Below are positions 24,871 to 36,723 of a stretch of DNA of 64,000 nucleotides, one piece after another; within the stretch, counting starts at the first letter, position 1; each line of letters begins with the position of its first letter. Source of the stretch: Cetorhinus maximus (Eukaryota); the NCBI RefSeq assembly GCF_964194155.1, contig NC_135898.1, positions 47,678,001 through 47,742,000 on the forward strand. The letters run 5' to 3'. A program made the translations under genes and the position numbers. Below the pieces are notes generated by a model that saw only the letters and a program-made list of their open reading frames with translations, was not told where the DNA came from and made no database searches.

Positions 24871-26749
24871 CTGCGGGTCACAGCTGTCTCTCAATCCTAA
24901 CTAGAAACTTAAAATAAACTCCTTAGATAGAAGGCGATTAATATAATTGCTGTTAATTAGGTCTATTTTAATGTATTAAATTACAATTACTATTTTTCAA
25001 TTCTCTAATTCCAAAGTCAATTAATCACAGACTAATTATTTGCTCAAGTTTAACAAGAATCTTAAGCTTGCCAATGGTTACTAACATTTTGAGGAAAGTG
25101 TAGATAGTTTGCATAAAGTTGACCCTGATAAGCACGTGAGACTTTGTAGCCTATTCCATTTAATCAATAGGGACTAAAGATACAAAGATATGCCTTGCTC
25201 AGAACTTTCCATTTGTGCAGAAAAAGTAACCTGCAGATTTCCATCCTTACCCTTAAAACAAGCAGCAAACCAGACAACTGAGCACATCTTAACAAGTTCT
25301 CTATTGCTGCTGCTCCCAGTATTGCAACAATCTGAATATTTAGTGCTTTTAGTGTAAAGTTCAGAATCCTAATGAACTTCGATTTTGAGAGTCATGGACT
25401 CTGTGTCCGCTGTAGATTACTGATATTTTCGAGAAACAAGTGGTAGTCAGTCTGCATAAAGTTAACTTCAGGTAAGTACAAGGGATGCAGCATATTCACA
25501 GAGCGTTTGAATCCCAGGAGCTTTCACATATACCACATGAATCTGTTCACATAAAACTTGTGTTTGCTCATGGGATTCTACATCTGGAAGTAACACCAGG
25601 ATGGATAATCTCCCAAGTGTAACATTGTTTGATGAAGAACACAACATACATCATCATGGCCTGATTATACCTGAAGTACCAGGTCAGGGACCTCGAAGAT
25701 TACCACCACATTTTTTAATCATAGGACAAAGCTTTGTGGTTTAATGTAATTGAGCTACATAATGAATTATTGCAAGAGGATATGGGAAAAGTAATCTTGA
25801 ATAATGGTCAGGATATTAAAAAATCCATTCAGGGCAATCTAACAACAAGCTGTTTGAGAGTTGGGAATCAAGTTTGAAAGCCAATTCTTTATCTCTGCAC
25901 ACATCCTCGACTTTCCTGGAAAGACGACAGTTTATTTTATAGTCTTTTATTATTTACTGACATGAATTCCATGCTAAACCAAAGGCGTCTCACAAAAGGT
26001 ATACACTGACAGAGGTAGTATCCAGGAATATGGGGTGGATTGAAAAAGTTAAATTCCAGCTCCTTAAACTTTCACAACACCTTTGTCAGATCCTTTAAGT
26101 GGGCTTAACATTAACAAACAATAGACATCCTATAGCTCGTTTCAAATGATCGTCATTGCACACAAGCACCCACTGTACAGAAAAAAGACCAGGGGCCAAA
26201 AGGGACCTGACTGATCTTTGCTCCATACTCCCCCATACACGTACTCACAATTACCAGTGATACTTAATCATTTATATCGCTTTCCTTGTGATTTTCATTG
26301 AAAACAATTCAAAATGCAGGTCACATGAAAATGACAAAAGCCTATTTGCGCAACACACAATAAGCAGTCTATTTGTTGATAAATGGCAATGCTTACATAG
26401 ATTCCAAATTCTTACATTTTAATAATAGCTTACATCAACAATAACAAAAGATGAATGTTCTTTATCAATGACAAACAGCTTCATCTGAAAAGGCACAAAT
26501 AATTAGTCTAAATGAACAAAGAGCTTCGTGCTCGCGCTCAAATATGATTAAAGAGTTTGCTTCTGGAGGAAAACAATGTTTCTGCAACAGAGTAAGGGCA
26601 GGTCACTGTGAATTGCTGGAAAGTCACAGCATTAAATTGGTTTGATCTCTATGAGTCTTGGTGAGCAAAGCAGGTCATAAGCATTGGGCAAGTATTCGGA
26701 CCAAGACTGACAAAACGAATACGAAAGGGTTCAAAACCATTTGGAAAGA

Positions 26750-27110
26750 AAGAAAAACTATTTATATATGGTGCCTTTCTTGACCTCAGGATATGGAGGG
26801 CCCTGCAAGTCAATGAAGTATTTCTGAAGTGCAGTCATTATTGTAATGTCGGAAAATGCAGCAACCAATTTACAAATAGCATGCCCCCACAAACAGCACT
26901 GTGAAAATCAGATTATCTGTTTTAGTGATACTGGTTGAGGGATAAATATTGGCCAGGACATGGGAGAACTTCCCTGCTTTTCTTGAAATTAATTCCATTG
27001 GATATTTTATGCCCACTTGAGGGGACAAATGGGGCCTCGGTTTAACATCTCACCTGACAGCGCAGCATTACCTCAGTACTGGACTAGACATCAGCCTGAA
27101 TTTAAGCACA
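26750..27110 (-). mobile_element. DeuSINE-like element (SacSINE1-type)
   Basis: The reverse complement contains GAGATGTTAAACCGAGGCCCC, GTCCTGGCCAATATTTATCCCTCAACCA and an L2-like tail ending GAAAGGCACCATATATAAAT. Confidence 0.65.
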
Positions 27111-27117
27111 TGGTGCT

Positions 27118-30041
27118 TGTAGAGTAAAGGGTTAACATCAGAAGCACATGATGATGTAATAATGATGTAACATCACATGACAGAGAGATCTGGACGGAGA
27201 AGTTCCAACCTCTAGAAGAGTACCCACTACGTACATTCTAAATATAAATAAAGAGTAATGGTTTTAAGAAACTAAAGTCTCGATCAGCTTACTTTGGGAG
27301 AATAGACAAGCCCCAAAGAACCCAGTTGACCCTAACTAGGAGTTCGAGTTCAACTACTCAATGAAGCATGTTGGCAGTGGTTGTGGCAGTGGACAGAGAG
27401 TAAAAGACTCAGCAAACTTTAAAAAGAAACTACAGACTTGAAAAGTCAAGAGATCTTTGAAAGAAGGACAAAAGGAACAAATTTGACACTCGCCACAGAA
27501 TCAGAGCATCACGGGTGCAACAGATATAAGTTGAGACACAGACCGAGGCATCAGTGGGCACAGACCCGAAGCAACAAGCAGCAGAACAGAAGCAGGAAAA
27601 ATCCCAGGACTCAGTAGAGGCATGGAATCCACACTACTACTCCCAGAACTATTTTGGAGCCCTGAATGCTTACAACAGGCCTAAAACTGGGACAACAGGG
27701 GAAAGAGGTTTACAAGGTACAGAACCACTTCTAGCTTACACAAAAAAAATCAAAAAGACCAGGTCAGTATACTACATTAAGCAATTGGATCTATTGCTGA
27801 CAACGTGATAGCAAGGCAGGGGGTTGATGAGACATCAACTTCGTCCTGCAAGCTTTCAATTCATATCTCAGCAACCGTCGGAATCTAGTAATCAAAAGGG
27901 CTAAATTTAACAAGAGAAGCAAAGACCAGGCGAAAACATTCATTCATTAACAAACCATGCAGGCAGGCAGGGAACTGCAATTATGGAATCTTAAGGGACG
28001 AGTTAATTCGTGTAGGGGTCTTAGATGAAGCATGATCAGATCCCTTGCAGATGAAAGAATTTAACATTAACAAAATAAATACAAATCATGAAGCAAACTG
28101 AGCTCAGAAAACAGAATAGGGTTTTGTTTGCAGAGAAGCAGAGGTCCCAGGGAGATGATTGAGTGAGACCATTCCATTTGTAAGCCATAAAAAAGAAAGC
28201 ATGCCAAAGCCCAAGCCTGCCAAAACAGGCAAAAGCGGGCCAAACTGCTATCTCAAAATATCATTGGTGTGGCAGGCACAAGCGAAAAGAGTGTCCAGCA
28301 GGAGGAGCCAAGGCCACTTAAAACACTGTCGTTCAAAAATGCTGACAACCTGTAAGACGAGGGAGAAAATTTTTAAACCAGAGCCACATACAAGAAGTGT
28401 AATAACTACAAATAAAGGAAGTAACCTTCCTAGAAGAGTTAAACAATGCTGCAAATATATACTGAAGTACTAAACTTGAAGTGAATGGACACCCCACAGA
28501 GTTTAAATTAGACACAGGGGCAGGTGTTTCTGTTTTCTCAGATGACATCAAATGGCTCAAGCAGATGACATTGCAACCCATATCTTTCAAATTACAGGGT
28601 CCGGATTACAATGGGATTACATTGAAAGTCAAAGGCCAATTCGTGACAAAGTTGATAGGGGAATCTTTGAACCTTTATATGTCATTCAAAATCAAGAATG
28701 TTCTCTACTGAGTGGAAAGGCATGCTTAAGATTGAAGCTGGATGAAGTTGCTGATGAGCACTCCAGCAATATATTCAGGAATCAATTTCCAAAATTATTT
28801 ACCAACCTAGGGAAACTAAAGACCAAGTACCATATCACCCTGAGCTGATGTTACACCAAGTTGCCCTTTTTTTTTTACAGTGAGGGAAGTCCCTCACCCA
28901 CTCTTGGACCAAGTCAAGGGTAAAATTGAGAGGATGCAACAGCAAGGAGTTCTCTCACCACTAACTATGCCAACAAAATGGTGTTCGGGAATGGTTACAG
29001 TCCCCAAGCCAAATGGATCAATTAGAATCTGCATAAATTTAACTCAACTAAACAAATCAGTGGAACATGCGATCCACCCAAAGGCCTCAGTGCTCGAGAG
29101 TCTTGCCAAACTAGCCAAGAGTACTCTATTCACTAGATAAGATGCAAACAGCAGATTTTGGCAGTTGCCTCTGGACAAAGAATCCAGATTGCTGACCACT
29201 TTTATGACACCATTTGGTCATCATTGCTTTAATAGATTACCATTTGGAATTGTGTCTGGTCCTGAGATTTTCCAGAGAACAATGTCTCAAACCCTAGAAG
29301 ACACTGAAGCAGTAATACACTTTATGAATGACATACTTGTACATGGCTCCATAAGAGAAGAGAATGACAGTAGAGTTAGGGCAGTCCTGAGTGTCTTACA
29401 GGATGCAGGCCTAACACTGAATGAAAAATCTGAGTTCGCCAAACGTATCATCAAATTTCTAGATCACAGTGCGAGCCCCTGGAATAACAATCGACCCACG
29501 AATAATAAAAATTATCAGAGTTTCCACTACACAGGTACACCACTCAGCTTCAGAGAATCCTCAGGATGGCCAAGCAAGTGGGCAAGTTCCGACCAAATTT
29601 GGCAGAGGTCAATGAGCCTTTTGAGACAGGGTCAACAGTGGTGCTGGAACATGGACCAGAGAAATGCTTTTGAAAAGATTAAACAACTTCTAATATCCTC
29701 TGAAATTTTGGCACATTGGTAGTTCTGTGCCAATCATCGTAGCAGCAGCTGCATTGTCAACAGGTCTGGGGGTCATATTATTTCAAGTGCAGAGAGATGG
29801 CAAACATAGACCTGTTTTACTATGCCTCACATTCATCAGAAAACAGAACAAAAATACGCCACAATCAAAAAAGTGTTGGCAGCAACGTGGGCATGCGGAA
29901 AAATCTCAGATTATATTCTGGGATTACGGTTAAAATTGAAACAGACCATAGTCACTCTTCTGGTCACTCTTCTGAGCATGAAAGAAATTGTGAAGATGCC
30001 GCCCAAAATCCAATGGTTCATATCAAAACTAATGAGATATT
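27118..30041 (+). mobile_element. Decayed Gypsy/Ty3 LTR retrotransposon (5' LTR, gag, protease, RT, RNase H; integrase absent)
   Basis: A TG-initiated LTR-like segment has AATAAA at ~27248. Protein remnants follow: gag-like NWD..KRFTRYR, protease FKLDTGAGVSV, RT WCSGMVTVPKPNGSIRIC...FNRLPFG..PEIFQRTM..FMNDILV, and RNase H GLGVILFQ, TEQKYA, IETDH. There are many stops and frameshifts, and it ends abruptly at a SINE. Confidence 0.9.
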
Positions 30042-30395
30042 GGGGGAGGCGATGGCATAGTGGTATTGTCACTGGACTAGTATTCCAGAGACCCTGGGTA
30101 ATACTCTGGGGACACGGGTTCTAACCCCACCGTGGCAGGTGGTGAAATTTAAATCCAATAAAAATCTGGAATTAAAATATTGCCAGATTGTTGTAAAAAC
30201 CCTTCTGGTGCACTAGCTTCCTTTAGGGAATGAAATCTGCTGTCCTTACCTGGTCTGGCCTACATGTGACTCCAGACTTATAGCAATGTGGTTGTGTCTT
30301 AAATGCCCTCTGAAAAAAAAGGACAATTTAGGGATGGGCAATAAATGCTGGCCTAGCCAGAAACGCCCACAACACATGAACGAATAAAAAAAAAA
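30042..30395 (+). mobile_element. Full-length tRNA-derived SINE
   Basis: A box TGGCATAGTGG (30053-30063), B box GGTTCTAACCCC (~30117-30128), the LINE-shared tail GGGATGGGCAATAAATGCTGGCCTAGCCAG, and an A-rich end. Confidence 0.85.
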
Positions 30396-30399
30396 GTAA

Positions 30400-31140
30400 A
30401 TATTCTTCTCATCTCAGTCCTAAATGGTAGAGCCTTTATTCTAAAACATTGCCCCGACTGGATTTTACAGTCCCCTGGCAGTTGGTTGACAGGTGGGAGG
30501 GCAATGAAATGGCATGGAGGTCACCCTGCTGCAATTTTACCAGTGATGGGCGAGCTGATAGGCAGTGCTCCCATGGGCAGCACCGGGAACCGGGGTGAGG
30601 GGAGGGAGTAGTGTGAGGAGTGCTTCCTTAGGGCCCCCCCAAAATGTCTTCCCCCACCCCTGGTTCCTCCCATTCCCCAGCTTATCTATACCAACCCCTC
30701 TCCTACTTTTCTAGGGCTGCAAGAACCTCAGACTTAGCTCTGGTCCCAGCTCCAGCACAGCACACCTTCCTGCAGGCCTTGCTGCAGTACTAGGAGGCCA
30801 CTGCTGCCGGTGGTGCTGCCAATACTGGAGACATACTGGCCTCTGATTGTCCAGCAGTTGAGGTGGAACTTGCTGTTGTTGAGGGGCAGAAGTCCCAACT
30901 CAAACCATTTAATGGCCAATTGGCATGAGTAATTGATCCACTACCCCCAACATAAAATCCAGCCCCCCCATGTTCTAGATTCCCCAGCCAGGAGAAACAG
31001 CCTCCCAGTATCCACCCTGTCAAACCCTTCAGAATCTTGTATGTTTCAATGAGATCACCTTTCATTCATCTAAACTCCAGAGAGCATAGGCCCAATTCAA
31101 TTGTAGCACTTGTATTCCAATCCCCTTACAATAAAAGTCA
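30400..31140 (-). mobile_element. CR1 RT C-terminal fragment split by a MITE
   Basis: MKGDLIETYKILKGL lies at ~31065. The CR1 sequence ...AACATTGCCCC | CATGTTCTAGATTCCCC... is continuous across the 30456-30965 insert. Confidence 0.75.
30456..30965. mobile_element. MITE with GGCTGGATTTTA-type TIRs
   Basis: Left end GACTGGATTTTAC and right end TAAAATCCAGCC are inverted. It interrupts a CR1 fragment. Confidence 0.7.
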
Positions 31141-33295
31141 ACATGCTATTTGGCTTCTTAATTAGCAGAAATGTCGCTCATATTTATATCCAAAATAAAT
31201 CAGTTTCACTCGATTCAATAGGCTTAAAGGCTCCACTAAGAAAATGGCCACTGAAATCACTTTTGCTCAACAAGCACTACAATCGGGACTATGCTGCCAG
31301 AAAGGTCAGTAGCAACAGATTGAATGGTAACTTTTAAAGGGGAATTGGAGGGAAAAAAAGGACAGGGCATTGTGGAAAGAGTAAGGTGGTGAGACTAATT
31401 AGTTTAGCTCTACCAAAAAGAGGCACGATGGAATAAATGACCTCCTTTGTGCTGTACATGCTATGACAGGGTGACCAACCATGCCAGAGTTTCCGTGTTT
31501 GTCCTGGTATTCGGCTTCCCATGGGTGTGGGCTTCCTGGAATGCCATTTGCCAGTGAGCAAGGAGACTGCCCAAGGTCTCGTCTTGCCACTGTGCAGGCA
31601 TCTTGGTGTCTGCATATGTACAATGTGCTACTGCACAGTCCAGAGAGACAGCATAGTGTGCATGCGTATACTGGAGTCCATACAGCCACATGGGAGCACT
31701 CTCCTCAGAGTTATCTGGCTTCAGCAGGCAGGTTGTTGTATTGGCATTGGGGGTCCGGTGGCAGAGGAAGATGGAGTGGGGCGGGGGGTGGGTGTCCAGG
31801 CCAGCAGCGGCACTCTCAGGTCTGAGTCCGTGAAGTCGAGTCCGGCACAGGCCCAGCGATGTTTAGGCAGGTCTGAGGCAGAAGAAAGATCTGACAGGCC
31901 TTCGGCAGGGGGGGGTCTGACAGGCCTGAGGGGATGAGGAGGTCCGAGCAGGCCTGAGGGGCAAGGGTGGCAGCAGCAACCACCCTCCACTGCTACCCAG
32001 CGGCTCCTCCAGCCTCATCAGAACCCCCCCTCCCTTCCCCCAACACCTCAGTTCATCTGGTCTCATCAGCACCCCGCACCCCTCCCCCCCACAGCCCCTC
32101 CAGCAAGGTATCCCTCATTTTCACCCCCCTCAGAGTTGGTCACCCTGAGCCATGAATCATCATTGCTGCAACATGTGAATAAAAATAATTCAACAGGACC
32201 ATAGAGAAATTCAGGGGGATGGGACATGAAAGGAAACCAGGCTGAGCTCTGGAATAGCCAGTGAATATCACAGCAAGTGTCCATTCACATAAATCACATT
32301 CTTTTCTCACTGGTCACTTTGCTGTGTGCTTATTGGTTTTCATTCCTGCCTAGGCATATCTTGAAGCCTTTTGCCAGCCCTTTTTTATAGTGGTTATCTG
32401 CACAGGGGGAAAGAATAAGGGAATTGATTTTAACTGAGGGCTATTAATCAGGCCTTCCTGATAACTACCAAGCCTCACTTCCGGCTTCAATTCCGCTCCC
32501 AATGTCAACCCCACCCAAAACCAGCGGGTAGGATATGGAGTGCAGTGTAAAATCGACACATGCTTCTCCTGTCCCACAAGGGACCATTTAAAAAAATATT
32601 TTCAAAACTTATCTGGGCCTCTTCAGGCCTTGATGAAACCCTGCTGCCACATTTCACTGGCGAGCCCAGGAATGTTACAGCCCTTAGTTGGCCCACAGCT
32701 AAAATGGCATGTGCACCTGAACGATGTTAGGGGATCACGATTTCATCATTGAACTTAGGATGCCCCTGGTTCCCAAAACCAAAAAAACTGCCTTGTAAAA
32801 TGGCTATTGTAGTAAATGTTGGGGAAAGTTCCCAAACCTGATCTTAACTTTATGCCCGCACTGTTCCCATTGGGTCGGCAGTGTTAAAATTGGCTACAAA
32901 ATCTTAGCATCTTGGTGCTGTGTAGCATACAGTTGAAACCTTAAGCAAAGTGTGGGCAATTGTTTTTTAAAGTGGCGTTAAATGATAAATAATCAATTTT
33001 CCCACTTAAAAAAATTAAGTAGGATAATTTTTTTCATAAAAGGAAAGCATTTAAGTTTCTACTTTGGCAAGAACATAGCAAGTTCATGTCAGTTGCATCG
33101 CATAACTGCATTTTATGCATAGTTGAGGTCCCCTCAGATAACTACACTCACAAACATTGGACGGAGACCATAAAAAGTGGCAAGCAAAGGGAGGAGAGAT
33201 AAAGGTTTGTTGCTGCATCCATCCTAAAAGCAGCTATCTCAGAGCTGTCACTTCTGTCCTCAGTCAATCATGTAAGTCTTTGAAATGTTCATACA

Positions 33296-33603
33296 ACAGT
33301 GTGTTTACACTCCACAAACCATTATACAATGTATTGTTCTTATTGTTATTAAAAAAAGATTCCAAAAATGGAACATAGCGGCAAGAAATGTGAACAGGCT
33401 GGTTCAAAGTAGAAACAAACTTGATTTGTTCAGTGACATTAAGATTAGGGAGAGAAGGACAGTGTGTTTACACTCCACTAACCATTATACAATGTGCTGT
33501 TCTTATCTTCATTCAAAATAGATTCCAAAAATGAAAAACAGAGGCAAGAAATTTAAAGTAAAGTTCAAATTTGTTTCATGACATTAGGAGTGTAGAGAGA
33601 AGG
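33296..33603. repeat. Diverged two-copy tandem duplication (~160 bp unit)
   Basis: ACAGTGTGTTTACACTCCAC.AACCATTATACAATGT...AGATTCCAAAAATG...GGCAAGAAAT...TGACATTA...GAGAGAAGG occurs at 33296 and again at 33459. Confidence 0.85.
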
Positions 33604-34807
33604 GGAGCTCAATCTGCTTATAAGGCTAAATTATTGGTATAAAATCTACTGCTGCCTCTGTACAGTCATTACTGTATTGTATGGATCATAGAGACGCTGG
33701 CGCATCCTATTGAACCAATGGAAAAGATGTTGAGCTTCGTGGATGACATTTGCCCCTTCAAGAAAGAACAGTTCTCCATTAATATACTAACTGTGGCAGG
33801 CTAAAATTAACACATTTTGTTTCACTTATGGACAATTTTACTTGATGTTTCTCTGCTCAGAAAATATACCAGTGCTGGGAAAAGGGGCACTTTCTACCTC
33901 AATATCCATTGAGGATATCAAAAGATCCATGACATGATGCAGTGTGGTTATAGTTTTATCTATAGCTACCTTAAGAGTGTCTCAACATTTGGAATATTGA
34001 AACTTCCACTGCTAAACAGCCTTACACTTGCATATTGTACATTACCTTTCCTGATTATAGTCTGTGTGGCACTGACCAGGTTTGTCTCATGTCTGCTGTT
34101 CAACAGGTAATTCTCTCACCTCTGGATTAGCAGGGCTTGGAATTCAGAACATGATTGTGTGGGGTCCAGATTACTCATCTGGTGACTTCAACCAGGTGGA
34201 TTTGGTACTAAGAGTGGAATGGAAACCCGACTTGGTAAACTTTGGATAGGGTGTTAATTCTCAGTGTAATTCTGTTCAAATTACCCATTCCCTTGGTTGG
34301 GTCATTTCTGAAATTTTTTAATACTTGCTTTTACTGTAAAAACTAAAAATACAGCATTTTAAAATAGTTCTGAAACTCCTCACCATCCTGCGAAGCAGAA
34401 TCAGTTGAGCCTTTGCAGATACCTGAAGTCCAAACTTAACGTGACTAAACAACACAAACACTGTTTGCTGCAGTTTCATAAAGTCTTCCATTGTAATTTC
34501 TACAAATCTGAGTCAGCTCTTCCTAAACAAAAGCAATCCAACAAATGACCTTTCTGTAGTTGTAAAATGAGCTGAACAGGCCTGCGTATAATCTTTCAGA
34601 TCAATCTTCTAAGACAAGTAGCCCTGTATGTAAAAACAAAAAACTACTGCGGATGCTGGAAATCCAAAACAAAAACAGAATTACCTGGAAAAACTCAGCA
34701 GGTCTGGCAGCATCGGCAGAGAAGAAAAGAGTTGATGTTTCGAGTCCTCATGACCCTTCAGCAGAACTGAGTATAGTTATAGAGAGGGGTGAACCCATAC
34801 CCCATGT

Positions 34808-35941
34808 ATGTATGTGGAACACTCCTTGTTCCAGTCCTACTCCGGCCCCCTCCCACAACTCTTTCTCCGGTACATCGATGATTACTTCGGTGCGGCTTCA
34901 TGCTCTCGTCTGGACCTGGAAAAATTTATTAATTTTGCTTCCAATCTCCATCCCTCCATCATTTTCACATGGTCCATCTCTGACACTTCCCCTCCATTCC
35001 TTGACCTCTCTGTCTCAATTTCTGATGATAGACTGTCCACCAATATCCATTACAAGCCTACCGACTCCCACAGCTACCTCGACTACAGCTCCTCACACCC
35101 CGCTTCCTGTAAGGACTCCATCCCATTCTCTCAGTTCCTTCGCCTCCTTCGCATCTGTTCTGATGACGCTACCTTCAAAAACAGTTCCTCTGACATGTCC
35201 TCCTTCTTCCTTAATCGAGGTTTTCCACCCACGGTCGTTGACAGGGCCCTCAACCGTGTCCGGCCCATCTCCCGCGCATCCGTCCTCACGCCTTCTCCTC
35301 CCTCCCAGAAACATGATAGGGTCCCCCTTGTCCTCACTTATCACCCCACCAGCCTCCACATTCAAAGGATCATCCTCCTCCATTTCCGCCAACTCCAGCA
35401 TGATGCCACCACCAAACACATCTTTCCTTCACCCCCCCTGGCGGCATTCCGTAGGGATCGTTCCCTCCGGGACACCCTGGTCTACTCCTCCATCACCCCC
35501 TACTCCTCAACCCCTACCTATGGCACCTCCCCATGCCCACGCAGAAGATGCAACACCTGCCCCTTCACTTCCTCTCTCCTCACCGTCCAAGGGCCCAAAC
35601 ACTCCTTTCAAGTGAAGCAGCATTTCACTTGCATTTCCCCTAACTTAGTCTACTGCATTCGTCGCTCCCAATGCGGTCTCCTCTATATTGGAGAGACTAA
35701 ACGCAAACTGGGCGACCGCTTTGTAGAACACCTGCGGTCTGTCTGCGAGAAAGACCCAAACCTCCCTGTCGCTTGCCATTTTAACACTCCACCCTGCTCT
35801 CTTGCCCACATGTCTGTCCTTGGCTTGCTGCATTGTTCCAGTGAAGCCCAGCGCAAACTGGAGGAACAGCACCTCATCTTCCGACTAGGCACTTTACAGC
35901 CTTCCGAGCTGAATATTGAATTCAACAACTTTAGATCTTAA
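34808..35941 (+). CDS. Penelope-like ORF, C-terminal 377 aa (RT C-terminal part, Cys-rich linker, GIY-YIG endonuclease)
   Basis: FLRYIDDYF (RT active site), PFLDLSV, HYKPTDSHSYL, CPRRRCNTC, NLVYCI...LYIGET.R.L..RF.EH, VACHF and RKLEEQHLI..LGTL.P..LN. The frame is uninterrupted but N-terminally truncated. Confidence 0.9.
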   Translation: MYVEHSLFQSYSGPLPQLFLRYIDDYFGAASCSRLDLEKFINFASNLHPSIIFTWSISDTSPPFLDLSVSISDDRLSTNIHYKPTDSHSYLDYSSSHPASCKDSIPFSQFLRLLRICSDDATFKNSSSDMSSFFLNRGFPPTVVDRALNRVRPISRASVLTPSPPSQKHDRVPLVLTYHPTSLHIQRIILLHFRQLQHDATTKHIFPSPPLAAFRRDRSLRDTLVYSSITPYSSTPTYGTSPCPRRRCNTCPFTSSLLTVQGPKHSFQVKQHFTCISPNLVYCIRRSQCGLLYIGETKRKLGDRFVEHLRSVCEKDPNLPVACHFNTPPCSLAHMSVLGLLHCSSEAQRKLEEQHLIFRLGTLQPSELNIEFNNFRS

Positions 35942-36314
35942 ACTCCCTCCCCCCATCCCCACCCCGTTTCTTCCACCTCCCTTTTGGTTTTTTCAATAAT
36001 TTATATAGAGTTTTCTTTTCCCACCTATTTTCATTATTTTTAAATCTACAACTGTAATACCTTGTCAGCCTTTTCACCCCACCCCCACTAGAGCTGTACC
36101 TTGAGTGTCCTGCCATCCATTCTTAATTAGCACATTTTCTTAGATAATATCACCACCTTCAACACCCCTTTGTTCCTTTTGTCTGTGACATCTTTTGATT
36201 ATCTGCTCCTATCACTGCTTGCTTGTCCCTACAACCACCCCACCCTCAACTTCTCTCTCCCCCACCCCCCCACCTTAAACCAGCTTATATTTCACCCCTC
36301 TCCTAACTATACTC

Positions 36315-36353
36315 AGTTCTGCTTAAGGGTCATGAGGACTCGAAACGTCAACT
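36315..36353 (+). ncRNA. Minimal type-I hammerhead ribozyme-like motif (variant core)
   Basis: AGTT-CTGCTTA-A-GGGTC(ATGAG)GACTC-GAAAC-GTC-AACT, giving stem I AGUU/AACU, stem II, GAAA and a GUC site. The inverted copy at ~34730-34768 has core CTGCTGA. Confidence 0.6.
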
Positions 36354-36723
36354 CTTTTCTTCTCCGCCGATGCTGCCAGACCTGCTGAGTTTTTCCAGGT
36401 AATTCTGTTTTTGCCCTGTATGTAAATATGGATGAACAATGGCTGCTCAGCATAGTTACTGTGCTAGTTCAGGTGGGATACAGGTGGTGAAAAAACACCA
36501 ACAGCAAAGGTCAATAAAAGGGCAACACACATCCTCATACAATTTTAGGAATCAAATACATATTAAACAGGTGTTCTTTTAGGACAGAAAGTCCAACTGT
36601 AATCAATTTTGGATACAAATGGAAGTTAAACCCAATTACATAAAGAACATTCCCACTCTGTGATCTGTTAATAATTTTCATTTAAACTGTGTTAAAGTGA
36701 CTCTCTTCATCACCATCTCTCCC

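Larger units (their letters stand above)
34635..36412 (+). mobile_element. Young 5'-truncated Penelope-like retroelement with inverted terminal repeat and 14-bp TSD
   Basis: TSD GCCCTGTATGTAAA at 34621-34634 and 36413-36426. Inverted arms of ~110 bp at 34670-34779 and 36304-36413. Internal RT plus GIY-YIG ORF. Confidence 0.93.

Noticed and set aside
30042-30135. Functional tRNA gene
   Set aside because: A and B boxes are present, but I could not fold a proper cloverleaf, and the sequence continues into a SINE body and LINE-derived tail.
34653-35615. 320-aa Ser/Pro-rich ORF overlapping the Penelope ORF (and equivalents at 58.8-59.7 kb)
   Set aside because: It is a shadow frame of a C-rich coding strand that starts in the inverted terminal arm and has no recognisable domain.
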